Assembly (NCBI RefSeq): GCF_030028105.1
Contig: NC_092387.1
Location: 23,383,590 to 23,447,589 of the forward strand
Direction: 5' to 3'
Source of the DNA: Mobula birostris
Taxonomy: Eukaryota
Length of the DNA: 64,000 bases
Under the pieces are notes generated by a model. That model was not told the DNA's origin and searched no databases. It was given only the letters and a program-made list of their open reading frames with translations. The position numbers were made by a program, and so were the translations under genes. Shown piece by piece: positions 26,836 through 40,151 of the stretch (positions are counted from its first letter, which is position 1; each line of letters begins with the position of its first letter).

Positions 26836-26869
26836 GTCCTGACGAAGGGTCTCGGCTTGAAACGTCGAC
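26836..26869 (+). ncRNA. Minimal type I hammerhead ribozyme motif
   Basis: GTC-CTGACGA-AGG gtctcgg CTT-GAAAC-GTC^GAC. Stem I is 3 bp and stem II has one G-U wobble. Confidence 0.7.
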
Positions 26870-26933
26870 TGTACCTCTTCCTAGAGATGCTGCCTGGTCT
26901 GCTGCGTTCACCAGCAACTTTGATGTGTGTTGC
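26836..26933 (+). mobile_element. 98-bp Penelope-derived mini-insertion starting exactly at hammerhead stem I
   Basis: Interrupts a CR1 remnant. 7-bp direct repeat ATGAGCT (26829-26835, 26934-26940). Confidence 0.8.
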
Positions 26934-29360
26934 ATGAGCTACCAGTGTTGGTGCTGGAGCCAGATATGATAGAGATTTTGAAAAAGCTCTTAGATAAGCA
27001 CATGGATATGCAGTGATAGATGGATTGTGTAGGTAGAGGAACTAGTTTAATTACTAGGTTAATTAGTTTGGCATAACATTGTGGGCCTAAGGGTCTGTTC
27101 CTGTATTGTACTAGTCTGTGTTAAATGTTAATAGCCCCTGTAAAAACTGCTTACCGGAAATTTGTAAAAAAAATACCAGTGACAGTTATGAAGTTCAAGG
27201 TAAATTTCCTATCAAAGTACCTATGTGTCACTATATATGACCCTGAGATGCATTTTCTTGTGGGTATACTCAATAAATCCATAATAGAATAATAACCATA
27301 ATAGACTCAATTAAAGACCACACCAACTGGGCATTCAACTATGGGCATTCAACTAGTGTGCACAAGGCAACAAACTGTGCAAATACAAAAATAAATAAAT
27401 AATAATAAATAAATAAGCAATAAATATTGAGAGCATGAGATGAAGAGTTGTTAAAAGTGAGTCAATAGGTTGTGGGAACATTTTAGTGATGGGGTAAATT
27501 GAGTGAAGTTATCCCCTTTGGTTCAACAGCTTGATGATTGAGGGGTAATAACTGATCCTGAATCTGGTGATTTCCAAATCAGCAGTTTGGTTCATCCTGT
27601 AAGTTGAGAAGCCTTTGCATCTGATGTACTGGGAGACATTAGTGACCACAAATGTTGGAATCTGGAGCAACAAACACAATATTGGAGCAACAGCGTCAGT
27701 GGGAGGAAAGGAATTATACATGATCATGATGCAGGTTAAAACCCAAAACATTGACAATTCCTTTCCTCCCACTGATATTGTTTGTTGCTACCGTAATGAA
27801 CTGCTCGATTGTGGTTGAAAGCCCATCAAGTTCACTAATTTCACTTCATGAAAGGAAACCTTCTGTTCTTATGCAGTCGGGTCCCAGATGTGACTCCATA
27901 CCCATCAGTTGGTTTACTCCAAACTTGCCACTTGGTCAGGGACAACTTGGGCTGGACAAATACTGGTATTGCCCACAAGTGAATGAGCAGAAATGAAGGC
28001 AGCTATTTTAATTAATGACTCCCAGTGCATTGACATTTTCCATCAGGCATTGTTCTATCAAGAGAGGCCAGGCGGTGAGAAGAATGGCATTTAATGACAT
28101 TTTGGCATTTAGAAGAATGAGAGGTGACTTAATTCAAAATAAAAGATCTCAAAAGGGTTTCACTGGGCAGATGTTGAAATGTTTTCACTGGAGTTTAGGA
28201 GCAAAGAGATGTAGTTACCAAGTAAAGGGCTGCTAATTTAAAACCAAAGTACATAGAAGCAGCTTCTCTCAGAGTGGAGTGAACCTCTGGGGTTCTCTGA
28301 CTCCAAGGATGGTGGAGAAATAGTAAGCCAGAGATAAGTAAATGTTTGAAATATCTTGCGTAGGATAATAATTCAAACTTACTGCCTTAAAGGAAGTTTA
28401 CTGTGGGCTAAAGAGCCTGTTTCTGTTCTGTACTGCTTTAAAGATGGCTGGGGAAGACTACAAACAATACAGGCCCTGTGTTGCAGACTCAATGTTACAG
28501 GGGGTGCATTGAGAAAAATTGGCGCTGTGACTGCTTAGACAAGTTCTGAGAGTCCCAGATCATAAAATTGTAGCATTTTTTTGTGTTATTGTTTCACAGC
28601 AAACACAAGTGTGTGAGGAGGTGTTGTAGGAGATTATTCAACACACCACCAATCAGATGTACACACAGGCTGTTTGTCAAGGTTCGAAGGTTCATTTTAT
28701 TGTCAAAGTATGCATGTACAATACAACTCTGATATTCACCTTCTCCAGATAGCCATGAAATACGGAAAAAACATGAGAGCCATTGAAAGAAAAGCCATCA
28801 AACCCCTCACCACAAAAAAGCCATCAAACCACCCCCTCTGCAACACACAAAAACCAACAGATTGCCAACAGAGAAAACGGCAGCAGAATCATCAAAAACT
28901 CCAAACCCCCAACTCCCTCCCTCTCAAAAAAATGACAACAAAGCCTCAACACCCTCTGCAAAAAAGGACAGTGCCAACAGCCCCAAACCTCTAACCCCCT
29001 CTCCTACATACAAAAACCAGCAGATTGCCACACAGAAAAACCAACAAGAACATCAGACCTTATATTCCTAACCCCTCCCTTGAATAAAACCAACACATCG
29101 CCCCCTCAGAACTCCAACCCACCAATCAGCAACAAGAGAGAAAACACAGACGATTGAAGGAGACCATCTACTCTTAGAAATAATGGATTAGAAGCACCTT
29201 CTAACCCATTAGATTTAGAATGGAAAACTGAGACATGTGTACCATCAGACTTTAGGATACTTGTGCACCATCGTTGGGCACTAGATACTTGTACTCAACT
29301 CAGTCTGTCTCAAGTTACTTCTAATTTCCAGTTCAAGCCTTCAAACTAGCTTCTGCTGCT

Positions 29361-31675
29361 ATAAGACCATAAGACCATAAGACATAGGAGCAGAATTTGG
29401 CCATTCAGCCCATCGAGTCTGCTCACCATTCCATTATAGCTGATACTGGATCCCACTCAACCCCATACACCTGCCTCCTCACCATACCCTTTGATGCCCT
29501 GATGAATCAGTAAACTATCAACTTCCACCTTAAATATACCCATGGGCTTGGCCTCCACTGCATGCTGTGGCACAGCATTCCACAGATTCACTATTCTCCG
29601 GCTAAAAAAAAAAATTCTCCTTACCTCTGCTCTAAAAGGTTACCCCTCAATTTTGAGGCTGTGCCCTCTAGTTCTGGATACCCCCACCATAGGAAACATC
29701 CTCACCATATTGACCCTATCTAGCCCTTTCAATATTCAGTAGGTTTCAATGAGATCCCACCCCCCTTGCATTCTTCTAATTCCAGTGAGTACAGGCCCAC
29801 AGCTGCCAGGTTTTCCTCATATGTTAACCCCTTCATTCCTAGAATAATCCTTTCTGAAATATGGGGCCCAAAACTGCTGACAATACTCCAAATGTGGCCT
29901 GACTATTGTCTTATAAAGGCTCAGCATTATCTCCTTACTTTTATATTCTATTCTTCTTGAAATAAATGCCATCATCGCAGTTGCTTTCTTTACCACAGAC
30001 CCAACCTGTAGATTAGCCTTCTGGGGATCTTTCAGGAGGATTCCTAATTCATAAGAACATAAGAACTTAAGAAGTAGGAGCAGGAGTTGGTCATCTGGCC
30101 CATCGAGCCTGCTCCACCATTCAATAAGATCATGGCTGATCTGGCCATAGATTCATCCTTAATTTCCGTACTTTGGAAAGAAGTCTCTCTATACCTCTGA
30201 TGTTTGAAACTTCTCCCCATTTAAATAACTGTCTGCAACATTGTTCCTTTCACCAAAATGCATTATCATACATTTCCTAACACTATTCCATCTGCCACTC
30301 TTTTGCCTATTCTTCCAATTTGTCTTAAGTCCTGTTACAATCACATTGCTTCCTCAACACTACCTACCCCTCCACCTACCTTTGTATCATCTGCAAGCTT
30401 TGCCACAAAATCCTCAATTCCATTATCCAAATCATTGTCTAACAATATGAAAAGTAGCAGTCTCAATACTGACCCCTGAGGAACACTACTAGTCACTGGC
30501 AGCCAACCAGAAAAGACCCTATTTATTCCCACTCTCTGCCTCCTGCCAAACAGTCGTCTATCCATACCAGTATCTTTCCTGTTACGCCATAGGATTGTAC
30601 CATAGCGTGGTACCGTATCAAATGCTTTCTCAAAATCCAAGTAAATGACATTCACTGCCTTTCCTTTTCCACCCTGCTTTTCACTTCCTCAAAAAACTCT
30701 AACAGATTTGTCAGGCAAGGTTTCCCTTTACAGAAACCATGCTGACTTTGACTATATTTTATCATTAGTCTCCAAGTACCCCGAAATTTCATCCTTAACA
30801 ATAGACTCCAACACTTTCCCAACCACTGAGGTTAGGCTAATTCAGGGCTCCCCAACCTCTTTTGCATCGCGGACAGGTTTAATTTTGACAATATACTTGT
30901 GGACTGGCCGATGGGGGTGGGGTGGGTTTATTCAAGTAGGGTTGCCAACTTTCTCACTCCCAAATAAGGGACAAAAGTAGCAGTCAAATATGGGACACTT
31001 GTGTTTACCCCGAGAAAGACTACCATGACCATGAAGCCTTGCGCGGGCACCTGTGTGCGCATGCGTGTATGTGCCGATTTTTTTCTACAAATCGATTTTG
31101 GCTTAAGCTTTCCGATTCTGTTAAGTGAAACTACACTGTACATACATTATTTCTACTTCATATAGGCTGTGTATTTATCATATCATTCCTGCTTTTACTA
31201 TACATTAGTGTTATTTTAGGTTATATATGTTATTTGGTATAATTTGGTAGGTTATTTCAAGTTCAACGGTGCGTGACAAGGAATGAGGAAAGGTGCAGCT
31301 GACTCATATCGTTTCATATCACCAAATCATAACGTTTACTCGCGGAATGCTTTGCATATGCTTTGCGGCCCGGTGGTTGGGGACCACTGGGCTAATTGGC
31401 CTATAATTCCCTTTCTTTTGCTTTCTTCCCTTCTTTAAGAGTTGAGTGATATTTGCAATTTTCCAGTCCTCTGGGACAATGCCAGAATCAAGTGATTCTT
31501 GAAAGATCATGACCAGTACATCTGTTATCTCTTCAGCAACCTCTTTTAGGACTCTACGATGCTGTCTGTCTGGTCCGGGTGACTTATCCACCTTAAGACC
31601 TTGAGTTTGCCTAGCACTTTTTCCTTTGTAATAGCGATGGCACTCACTCCAGATCACTGACACTCACAGACCTCT
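29361..31675 (-). mobile_element. Two adjacent CR1-type LINE fragments
   Basis: Tails (ATAAGACC)n at 29361 and (ATAAGAAC)n at 30050. Translations VIYLDFEKAFDTVP, QGSVL...[13 protein letters not shown] and KSPGPD...RVLKE. Confidence 0.8.
30843..31389. mobile_element. hAT-type MITE, 547 bp, composite
   Basis: Termini CAGGGCTCCCCAACC / GGTTGGGGACCACTG. Perfect 8-bp TSD GGCTAATT (30835-30842, 31390-31397), inserted in a CR1 fragment. Confidence 0.85.
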
Positions 31676-32577
31676 GTCTTATCTCTTCCTGTTAGTCATT
31701 TGCTCAATCGCTGAGCTCGAAGAGCCAACATAGCTGGATCTAAAGCATATACATTACGAGTATGGCAGAGACCGATAACCTGAATTTACTGGAGATGAAA
31801 TATAATTAACTATTTGCTTAGTTTTAATAATGGTAAGGACCAATAATTTTATTTTTAATATATTTTTATTTTGGGATACAAGTTTTATTTTATTTTTAAT
31901 GTTTTTTTTCCACTTAGACACTGGCCCTTCTAGTCCACAATTCCTCCCACCCCCCCACATTTACAGCCATCTGCCCAGTTAACCTACTAACCCATACATC
32001 TTTGGATTGCAGAAGGAATTGGAGCACCCTGAGGAAATCCATGTGGTCACGCAGAGAGCATACAAACTGCTTACAGATAGCGGTGGAATTGAACACAGTT
32101 GCTGGCGCTGTCATTGCTACGCTACCGTAAATATGCATTGGAAGCTACTCAGAGAAAAGTTTACGTATAGTTCGTATAGGCAAATTGGCTTTGGAGGAAA
32201 AATTAGACAGGCTGAGCTTATATATGTACGAGTTTGGAAGATTAAGAGCGACTTGATTGAAATGTGTAAGAGGGGTCTTGAAACGATGGATATGGAGATA
32301 CTGTACTGCCACAGTGATGCCAAACTCGGGTAGGCAGAGTAAAGCCTCATATTCCATCTGGGTTGCCTCCAACCTGATGGCATGAATATCAACTTCTCAA
32401 AATTCTGGTAATTTTGCCCCCTCCTCCCTTCTCTCTTTTCCCTATTCCCCACTCTGGTTACCCTCTCAGTCTTTCTGTGCTCTTCACCTGCCCATCATCT
32501 CCCCCTGTTTCTGGTCCTCCTTCCCCTTCTTCCATGGTGCACTGTTCTATCCGATTTCTTCTTCTACAGCCTTTTGT

Positions 32578-33889
32578 TGTCATACGGGGGTGGCTGGAAA
32601 CAGACCCAAGTGCAAGACACAGACATGGAAGTACTAGGGACAGGACTAGGATACACGGTGAGGGCAAGGCCATGGACACGAAAACCGGGAACCCGGAACA
32701 GGACTGGACAAGAGAGCTAGGAGCCCGGGCTTGGACTCCGAGCCAGAGACTGGACAAGGACCCAGTACTTGGGTCTTGCCTCTGGCTTGGACCCCAGAAC
32801 TAGGCAAGGACGAGGCTTGGCTAGCAGGCGGAAAGAGACTGGAGTCTTCAGGCTAGAGGCTAGAAACTTGAGGTGAGGCTGGAGGCTGGAGGCAGGGGGC
32901 GAGGAAGCGAGGCGAGGCTGGAGGCAGGGGGCGAGGAAGCGAGGCGAGGCTGGAGGCAGGGGGCGAGGAAGCGAGGCGAGGCTGGAGGCAGGGGGCGAGG
33001 AAGCGAGGCGAGGCTGGAGGCAGGGGGCGAGGCTGGAGGCAGGGGGCGAGGAAGCGAGGCGAGGCTGGAGGCAGGGGGCGAGGAAGCGAGGCGAGGCTGG
33101 AGGCGAGGAAGCGAGGCGAGGCTGGAGGCAGGCGGCTGGAGACTTGAGGCTAGGCGAGGCTGGAGGCTGGAGGCAGGAGACTTGAGGCGAGGCGAGGCTG
33201 GAGGCAGGAGGCAGGAGGCAGGAGGCGAGGCAGGAGGCAGGAGGCTGGAGGCTGGAGACTTGAGGCGAGGCTGGAGGCTGGAGGCAGGAGACTTGAGGCG
33301 AGGCGAGGCTGGAGGCTGGAGGCAGGAGACTTGAGGCGAGGCGAGGCTGGAGGCAGGAGACTTGAGGCGAGGCGAGGCTGGAGGCAGGAGACTTGAGGCG
33401 AGGCGAGGCTGGAGGCAGGAGACTTGAGGCGAGGCGAGGCTGGAGGTGGGAGACTGGAAGCTCCTGGGCAGGGCGCGGATCTCCACCCGATGGAGGCAAG
33501 GGACAAGAAGGGAGCTAGGTACAGGGTGGCTCCAGGACATGACTGCAGATGAGACGAGGCGAAAGTTATCAGCAAGACAAGGCAAGGCTTCTGGCAAAGC
33601 AAGGCGAGACTAGAACTTCAGGCAAGGCGAGAGTTACTGGCAAGACAATTCAGGGCTTCAGGCGAGGAAACAGAAGGCAGAGGAAGGGATACAAGGAGTA
33701 AGGACAAGAACAATCCTGCAGCCATGCCCTGCTCTCTGAAGGTATTTATGCAGCCAGCCCCAACGAGCATCAGCTGACTCAATTAGAGCTCAACAAGAAC
33801 AGAAACAGGGTAGACAGGAAAACCTGGAGCAAGGGTCGATGAACCGGACCATGAACCGGAATACGGACTTCACGGACCGGACCATGACA
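32578..33889. mobile_element. Solo LTR, 1312 bp, inserted in a Penelope 3' UTR
   Basis: Termini TGTCAT...ATGACA and 5-bp TSD TTTGT (32573-32577, 33890-33894). The Penelope sequence on either side is continuous once the insert is removed. Confidence 0.8.
32869..33445. repeat. G-rich minisatellite inside the solo LTR (31-32 bp units built on GAGGC)
   Basis: Units GAGGCGAGGCTGGAGGCAGGGGGCGAGGAAGC and GAGGCGAGGCGAGGCTGGAGGCAGGAGACTT. Explains ORFs 32717..33499, 32860..33597 and 32873..33334. Confidence 0.9.
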
Positions 33890-36136
33890 TTTGTCTCTTC
33901 TGCCTATCCCTTCCCAGAATCTTACTTTGTCCCCATTCCCCCACACACCCATCTTCTCCCTCACCTGCTCTCATTTATCACCTGCCAGCTTATACTCCTT
34001 CTCTTACCTCCACCTCCTTATTCTGACTTCATCTCACTTCCTTTCCAGTCCTGATGAAGGGACTCAGCCCAGCCATCAACTGTTCATTCCCCTCCTGACC
34101 TGCTGAGTTCCACCAGCATTTTCTGTGTGTTGTAATGGGGTGTTTACTTAAAAGAAACCTGGAGCTGGGGTGCAGTGTTTAAAAAAATAAAGGCTCACCT
34201 ATTTAATACAGAAGCGAGATGATTTTTTTCTTTCAGAGGTTTGTCAATCTTTGGAACTCTTTCCCTCTAAGAGCTGTGGAAACAGAATTTGTTTAAGGCA
34301 GAGGTAGATGGACCATGATGAGCAAAGCGTACCAGAGAGCAGAGCTCAAGTTACAGTCAGAGGCCGAGTGGCCTACTCCTATTTGGATTCATAAACGAGG
34401 TTAAATTACTGTCTGTAAAAGAGTACTACAGCACAGAAAGAGGCCCTTTGGCCCTTCCAGTAGGTGCCAACCCAGTCTAATTCCCATCTACCCTCCTATA
34501 TACAGTTGTGTGTAAAAGTCTTAGGCACAAATATATAGTTCGGCTCACTGCACAGCGCTGTATTTGTCAACGTGGAGTGGAGACTGAGTTTGCCAGTCTG
34601 GCAGGAGCAAATGATGTTGGGAATGGGGAGGGTGGAGTGCTGTGGGAGAGAAGGAGTGTAGGGTGCCAGGGGTATGAGGTGACACTGGTACAGATACACC
34701 CAGCCCTGAGACACCAGGCAATGTTATTTGATTCCAAGTAATTGGTTTATTCATCATTACAGAACATCTGATGCTTCTCACTCTCTCCCCTCTCATTTTC
34801 CCCTCTCCCTGCCCGCTTCCCACTCTCAGTCCATCATATGGACGCATATCAGAATCAGGTTTGTCATCACTCACATATGTTATGAAATTTGTTTCTTTTT
34901 GCGGCAGTAATACAGTGCAATACATAACACTACTATGGTACTGTGCGAATGTCTTAGGCTCCTGATCTGTATTTTGTGCCTAAGACTATTGCACAGCACT
35001 GTAGGTATCTATTCAAAGTTTTCTTAAATGTTTCATTTGAACCCACAATCACCAGTTCCCTAGGCAGCTTGTTCCACACTTGCAGTTCCCTCTGCCTAGA
35101 GCATTTCACCCTCAAATTCCTGTTACATATTTCACCTTTCATCTTAAACCTATGTATGACCTTTAGTTTTAGTTTCACAGGTCCTGATGGGAAAAAGCCT
35201 GTATGCATTCACACATCATAATGTTATAAAGGGGGGCTGGTCATGTCTGCAGGTGAATGCAATATTATTCATTGGCAGTAGATGTCACTGGAACACCACA
35301 TCCCAGGAGACGGTGAGAGACTACTGCTTTGCAGCCCAGTATTGGATGTGGGAGTCTTACTGATTCAGTGTGAGTTTCTATTATTGACAGCCTAAATTAG
35401 AGTAAGTAACTTTTCCCATTCCAGCCCTTGTCTTTATCCTTCAACTTCACACCTCTCATCCCCTTTAGCCTCTGTAATGTGGTAAAATCTCCCAGGAATC
35501 TTCATGGGAACGACCAATTTCATTCCATCCAGTTCTCAATTCCTGTACACTTTTGATCTCAATTGATCATGCCTTCAGCTCAGTAGGCTTTTAACCCTTT
35601 CAATCCTTCACACAGCCTCTTCTCTTTTTAAAAAAAATCTTTAAAACCCACCTTTTTTGATTTATTTTATGTCATTTGTCCTGAAACCTTCTTATGTGGG
35701 TCTCTGTCAAATTGTCATGGAGTCAGACAGGATGGGCAGCATGGCCCAAACTCTCCATGCCAACTCAGAAGTCATGGAACATTACAACACAGAAACAGGC
35801 CCTTTGACTGATCTGGTCTGTGCTGAACTATAATTCTGCCCAGTCACATCGATGTGCACCTGGACCATAGCCCTCCTTGCCCCTGCCATCCATGTATTTA
35901 TCCAAATTTCTCTTAAGTGTTGAAATGGAACCAGCATCCTGAACTTTTGTTGGCTGAAGGTGTTCAATAATGCTCCTGTGAAGCATCCTGCTAATTTCAC
36001 CGCAATTCAGGGAGGCCATATAGATGTAAGTTATTGTTGTAATGAAAAATTAGAGGAGCTTTGTAAATGTTGTACATTCTCTGACCTAGTTTTTATCCAG
36101 AGGAGTCCATTATTCTGTTTGTATCTCTGGCTTCAG

Positions 36137-36190
36137 ATGAAGAGAAAATATCAGAGAAAAATGATGACTCATATTCAGAAAAAGAATTGT
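36137..36190 (+). CDS. Candidate 54-bp phase 1/1 acidic exon (DEEKISEKNDDSYSEKEL), possibly a CD276 cytoplasmic-tail exon
   Basis: Acceptor ttctgtttgtatctctggcttcag, donor T|gtgagc, open frame, not in an obvious repeat. No recognisable homology, so tentative. Confidence 0.3.
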
Positions 36191-39100
36191 GTGAGCTATG
36201 TGTTGCTAGGAATGAAGAACATTTTTATATTGTTGTTTTCTCTACATTATTAACAAGAAATTTTTTTGTAAACATGAGAGTTTCTGCAGATGCAGAAAAT
36301 CCAATGGAACACACACAAAATGCTGGAGGAACTCAGCAGTTCAGGCAGCGTCTATGGAAATGAATGAACAGTCGATGTTTCGGGCCGAGACCCTTCTTTA
36401 GGTCTGAAACGAATAGAAGATGCCAGAATAAAAGGTGGGTGGAGAGGAAGGAGGACAAGCTAGAAGCTGACAAGTGAAGCCAGGTGGGTGAGAAAGGCTG
36501 GAGAAGAATGAATCTGGTAGGAGAGGAGATTGGAGCACAGGAGAAAGTGAAGAAGGAAAGGCACCAGGGGAAGGTGTTAGGCAGGTAAGGAGATGAGGTA
36601 ACAGAGCCAGAGTGGGGAATGGAGGAATAGAGAAGCGGGATAATAATAAATAATAATAAGGAAAAACCAATTTTCATGTTATCAGGTTGGAGGCTACCTA
36701 GAAGGAATATGAGGTGTTCCTCCTCAAAAAGTTGTTATGGTATCAGTTACTTTCTCTGAGATCACTGTGATCCCTAGTTTTCTTTATATTTTTCCTGTGT
36801 TGAATTCTATCACTGTCTGCAAGGAGTTTCTATGTTCTCCTGGTGACAGTGTGAGTTTCCTTTGGTGTCTGCAGTTTCCTCCCATATTCCAAAGTCAGTC
36901 CAAGTGCACACATCAAGCAGAACTGGAGACTGCAGTGTGGGGTCTGTAGCTGCACCATCCAATGAGCAGTCAGTGCTGAAGTGGAGAAGGAAAGGATGGA
37001 GTCTGAGAGCCAGGATGTGGAGCCTGAAGAGGAGCAGGAGGGAGAGAAGTTTGCCAGGGAGAAAGCTCAGCTCAGGACTCTAAGCTGAAGGGAGGTGGAA
37101 CAATCAGAATCGAGTTTATGATCTCTGTCTTAAATGACATGAAATTATTTTTCAGCAGCAGTACAGTGCAAACACATAAGATTATTATAAATTGCAAAAT
37201 AAATAAAATAGTGCAGAGTGAAAAGAATACTTAGGTTGTGTTCATAGGTTCATGGACCATTCAGAAATCTGGTGGGGAAGGGGAAGAAAGACCTCCTGTG
37301 TCATTGAGTGTGGGTCTTCAGGCTCCTGTACCTCCTTCCTGACAGTAGTAATGAGAAGAGGAGATGTCCTGGATGGTGAAGGTCCTTTATGATGGATGCT
37401 GCCTTCTTGAAGCATGCTCTCTTTGGTGGTGGAGAGGGGTGTGACTGTGATGGAATTGTCTACAAACCACTCAGTGATGTAACCAGACAGTATGCTCTCT
37501 GCCAAGTATCTGTAAAAATTTGCAAGACAGTGTTGCCATGGGATACTAGAGATTCTCTATTAGGGAGGCAGCATTAATTAGATGCTTCAAACCAACATTG
37601 TCCATCTAAGTCACCCTTTCCACAGAGCAATGCTTAGCACCACCATAGCATACTGATAACCAGCAGGAAATCCCCAGCGATGCAAGAAATCCCCTCGTAC
37701 ATGCTGGGCAGGTCCATCTGCACTGAACAGAACACACCAATGAATGAATCCCTGTTAGAATTCCATCAACTTGCTGCTCCCTCTCTTTTATCTCCTGCTG
37801 AGTGATGACTCACTTAAGGAAATCAATGCCACAGCATCAAAAAGAAGCATTTCCTGTGAGGATCTACTCACTACAAGTGTGAACAGTGATGTACAGAGAA
37901 ATACAGTATACAGTCTTCCATGAGTATAGGCATCCTTTGACCACATTTGCTCACCTGCAACGGCTCCCACTAACAACATTAACCTGTTTATAGGGTTCTT
38001 CGCCAAGCCTGGAGGTTAGGTCGCAAACATTTCGTCATCAATTGAGGTGGCATCCTCACAGTCCAATTAAGTGTTGTTTCTGCCGAGTGCTCGCATTTAC
38101 ATTGGTCCGACTCATTATTCGAGGAACCAACACTCATAACGACCAATAACCAGGGATATGGGCCAGTGGAGATCACTTAGCTATCCGGTTGGCCGAGACC
38201 CAGCAGACGCTAGCGGCCAGTGCAACAGCCAGCCCATCAGAACGACGAGTCAGGCAGCATCTATGGAGGGGAATAAACAGTCGATATTTCGGGCTGAAAC
38301 CCTTCATCTGGTCTGGAAAAGAAGAAGGCAGAAGCCAGAACGAGTAGTTGGGAAAGGGGAAAGAGTACAAGCTAGCAGTTGAGAGGGGAGACCAGGTGAC
38401 GGGAAAGGTGAGTGGGTGGGGCAGGTGAGATGACATAAGAAGTTGGGAGATGATAGATGGAAAAGGTAAAAGGCTGAAGAAGAAAGAATCTATAGAAGAG
38501 GAGAGTGGACCATGGAAGAAAGGGAAGGAGGAGGGGCACCAGAGGGAAGTGATGGGTAGGTGAGGGGAAGAGGTAACCAGGATAAGGAGTGATTATGTTT
38601 CTCTTCCTAGTTGTCAATTCCCATTGAACTGTGTGAGGGTTCTGATCCTGTGACTGACTGGTATAAGACTGAGCACGGAATTCCCTATCATAGCACTGGA
38701 GAACACCAGCGATTCTAGATCTGTGCCAACCTGTGTGATTGTGAGGCTGCAGACAGCACAACCTCCCAGAAATTCTGCCCTCTGTCCAGTGGGAATGTCT
38801 GGACCAGCCATGGACTGTGGCTTCACTGAAGTTACGATTTACCAGCTGAGCTGTATTCAGCTCATGGGGGACTGGATGAGCTGGGACTTTCTGGAAGTGA
38901 ATAATGCCATGCTCCTAGTTGGCCATATGTCAGAATTCATGAGGAAGGGCAACATCTACAACTGAAGGGGACGAGAGCAGGATTTAAGAACTGAGGGGCC
39001 ACCTCACTATTGACTCTGGATTAAAAGATTCTACCCAAGATCACTGCTGATCATGTCTGCTTTGGAACTCAGAGGAAGAATCTCTGACATCCTTGCCCTG

Positions 39101-40151
39101 CTCTGAGATGCTGTCACCTATGTCCATGGCTGGGGAGGTATGGGGTAGCACTTGCCTGGTCAGCTTGGAGCATGAGAAAGCCTTTCACAGGAACCTCTCT
39201 AAACTGAACTTGGGATGTAGATCAGGAAATGAATCCATCTGCTCTACACCTAATCAACAGTGGTGAACAGATACTTTCTCCATCAACTCCAGAGACAGGC
39301 AGGGTTTCCCCTCTCCCTGACTTTGTGTGGAGCATAGAAACCTTTTCAGAATCTGTCAGGAAGGGATAGGAGTGTAGAAGGGGGTCATGATGTCAGGCAG
39401 TGGGGACACTCGGATCACAGGCTCCCTGTACAAGAAAGACGTCACTGCCTTCTGCTTGCATTCGCAGTTGGTTTGCAGGTGGATTAGTTTGAGTTGAGGG
39501 TCAGAGCCAACCGCAGGGATAGAGAGGCCATCTTCTCTGGCAAATAGACTGACTGACCCACTATTCCCTTTCCCACTGTCTGTCCACCTGAAAGTGCTGG
39601 GGATTAGGTTTGGAAATGCTAGAATGCATGACAAGAATTGGCAGGAGCCAGTGGGTAAAGTCCAACAAAAATTGGGAATGTGGGAATGGTATTCCTTGAT
39701 GGCAAGAGCCGTATCATTGCATTTGAGCAGCCCTGGATGTTGCAGTCCATGACATAGGCATACCCTTTTCTTTTTAAATCTTTTTATTGAATAAGTATAC
39801 AAAAAGGTAAGCCATATAGGCACTAATACACTGTTAGAATATAATAAAATTACAGGAGATATTAATACAAAAAAAATGATACAAACAATGTAATTTAAAC
39901 ATAACATACTAAGGTAACATAATAGTATACTAATTTTCATATATATATATATCAATAGAGAAAAGGAAAAAAAAACCCAAAAAACCCACCGTGCAACTAA
40001 CTAAAAGCAAAGCAAAGCAATGGGCTAACTTGGAACCAAGCAGAGTTAAAAAACATAAAATCACGTCCTCAATCCCGACCTCCATTAAAAACAGTAAAAA
40101 AAAACAAGAAGGGTATATAAATATGGAGCAAAAAAAGAGGAGAAAAAAAAA

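Noticed and set aside
13070-33445. Regular repeat arrays (13070-13445 and 32869-33445) as possible CRISPR arrays
   Set aside because: Tandem units without unique spacers, no cas genes, and a eukaryotic context.
8823-33602. Long ORFs 8823..9419, 12738..13577, 32717..33499 and 32860..33597
   Set aside because: They are translations of microsatellite or minisatellite DNA with no domain content.
36176-36190. C-terminal EKEL as an ER-retention signal on a soluble B7-H3
   Set aside because: It does not fit the [KRHQSA][DENQ]EL pattern and depends on two unverified splices.
38601-38710. Strong plus-strand acceptor gattatgtttctcttcctag as a CD276 last exon
   Set aside because: The downstream sequence runs into the Tx1 remnant and shows no similarity to B7 tails.
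39356-39955. 199-aa minus-strand ORF
   Set aside because: Chance read-through from the L1 3' UTR into antisense Tx1 sequence.
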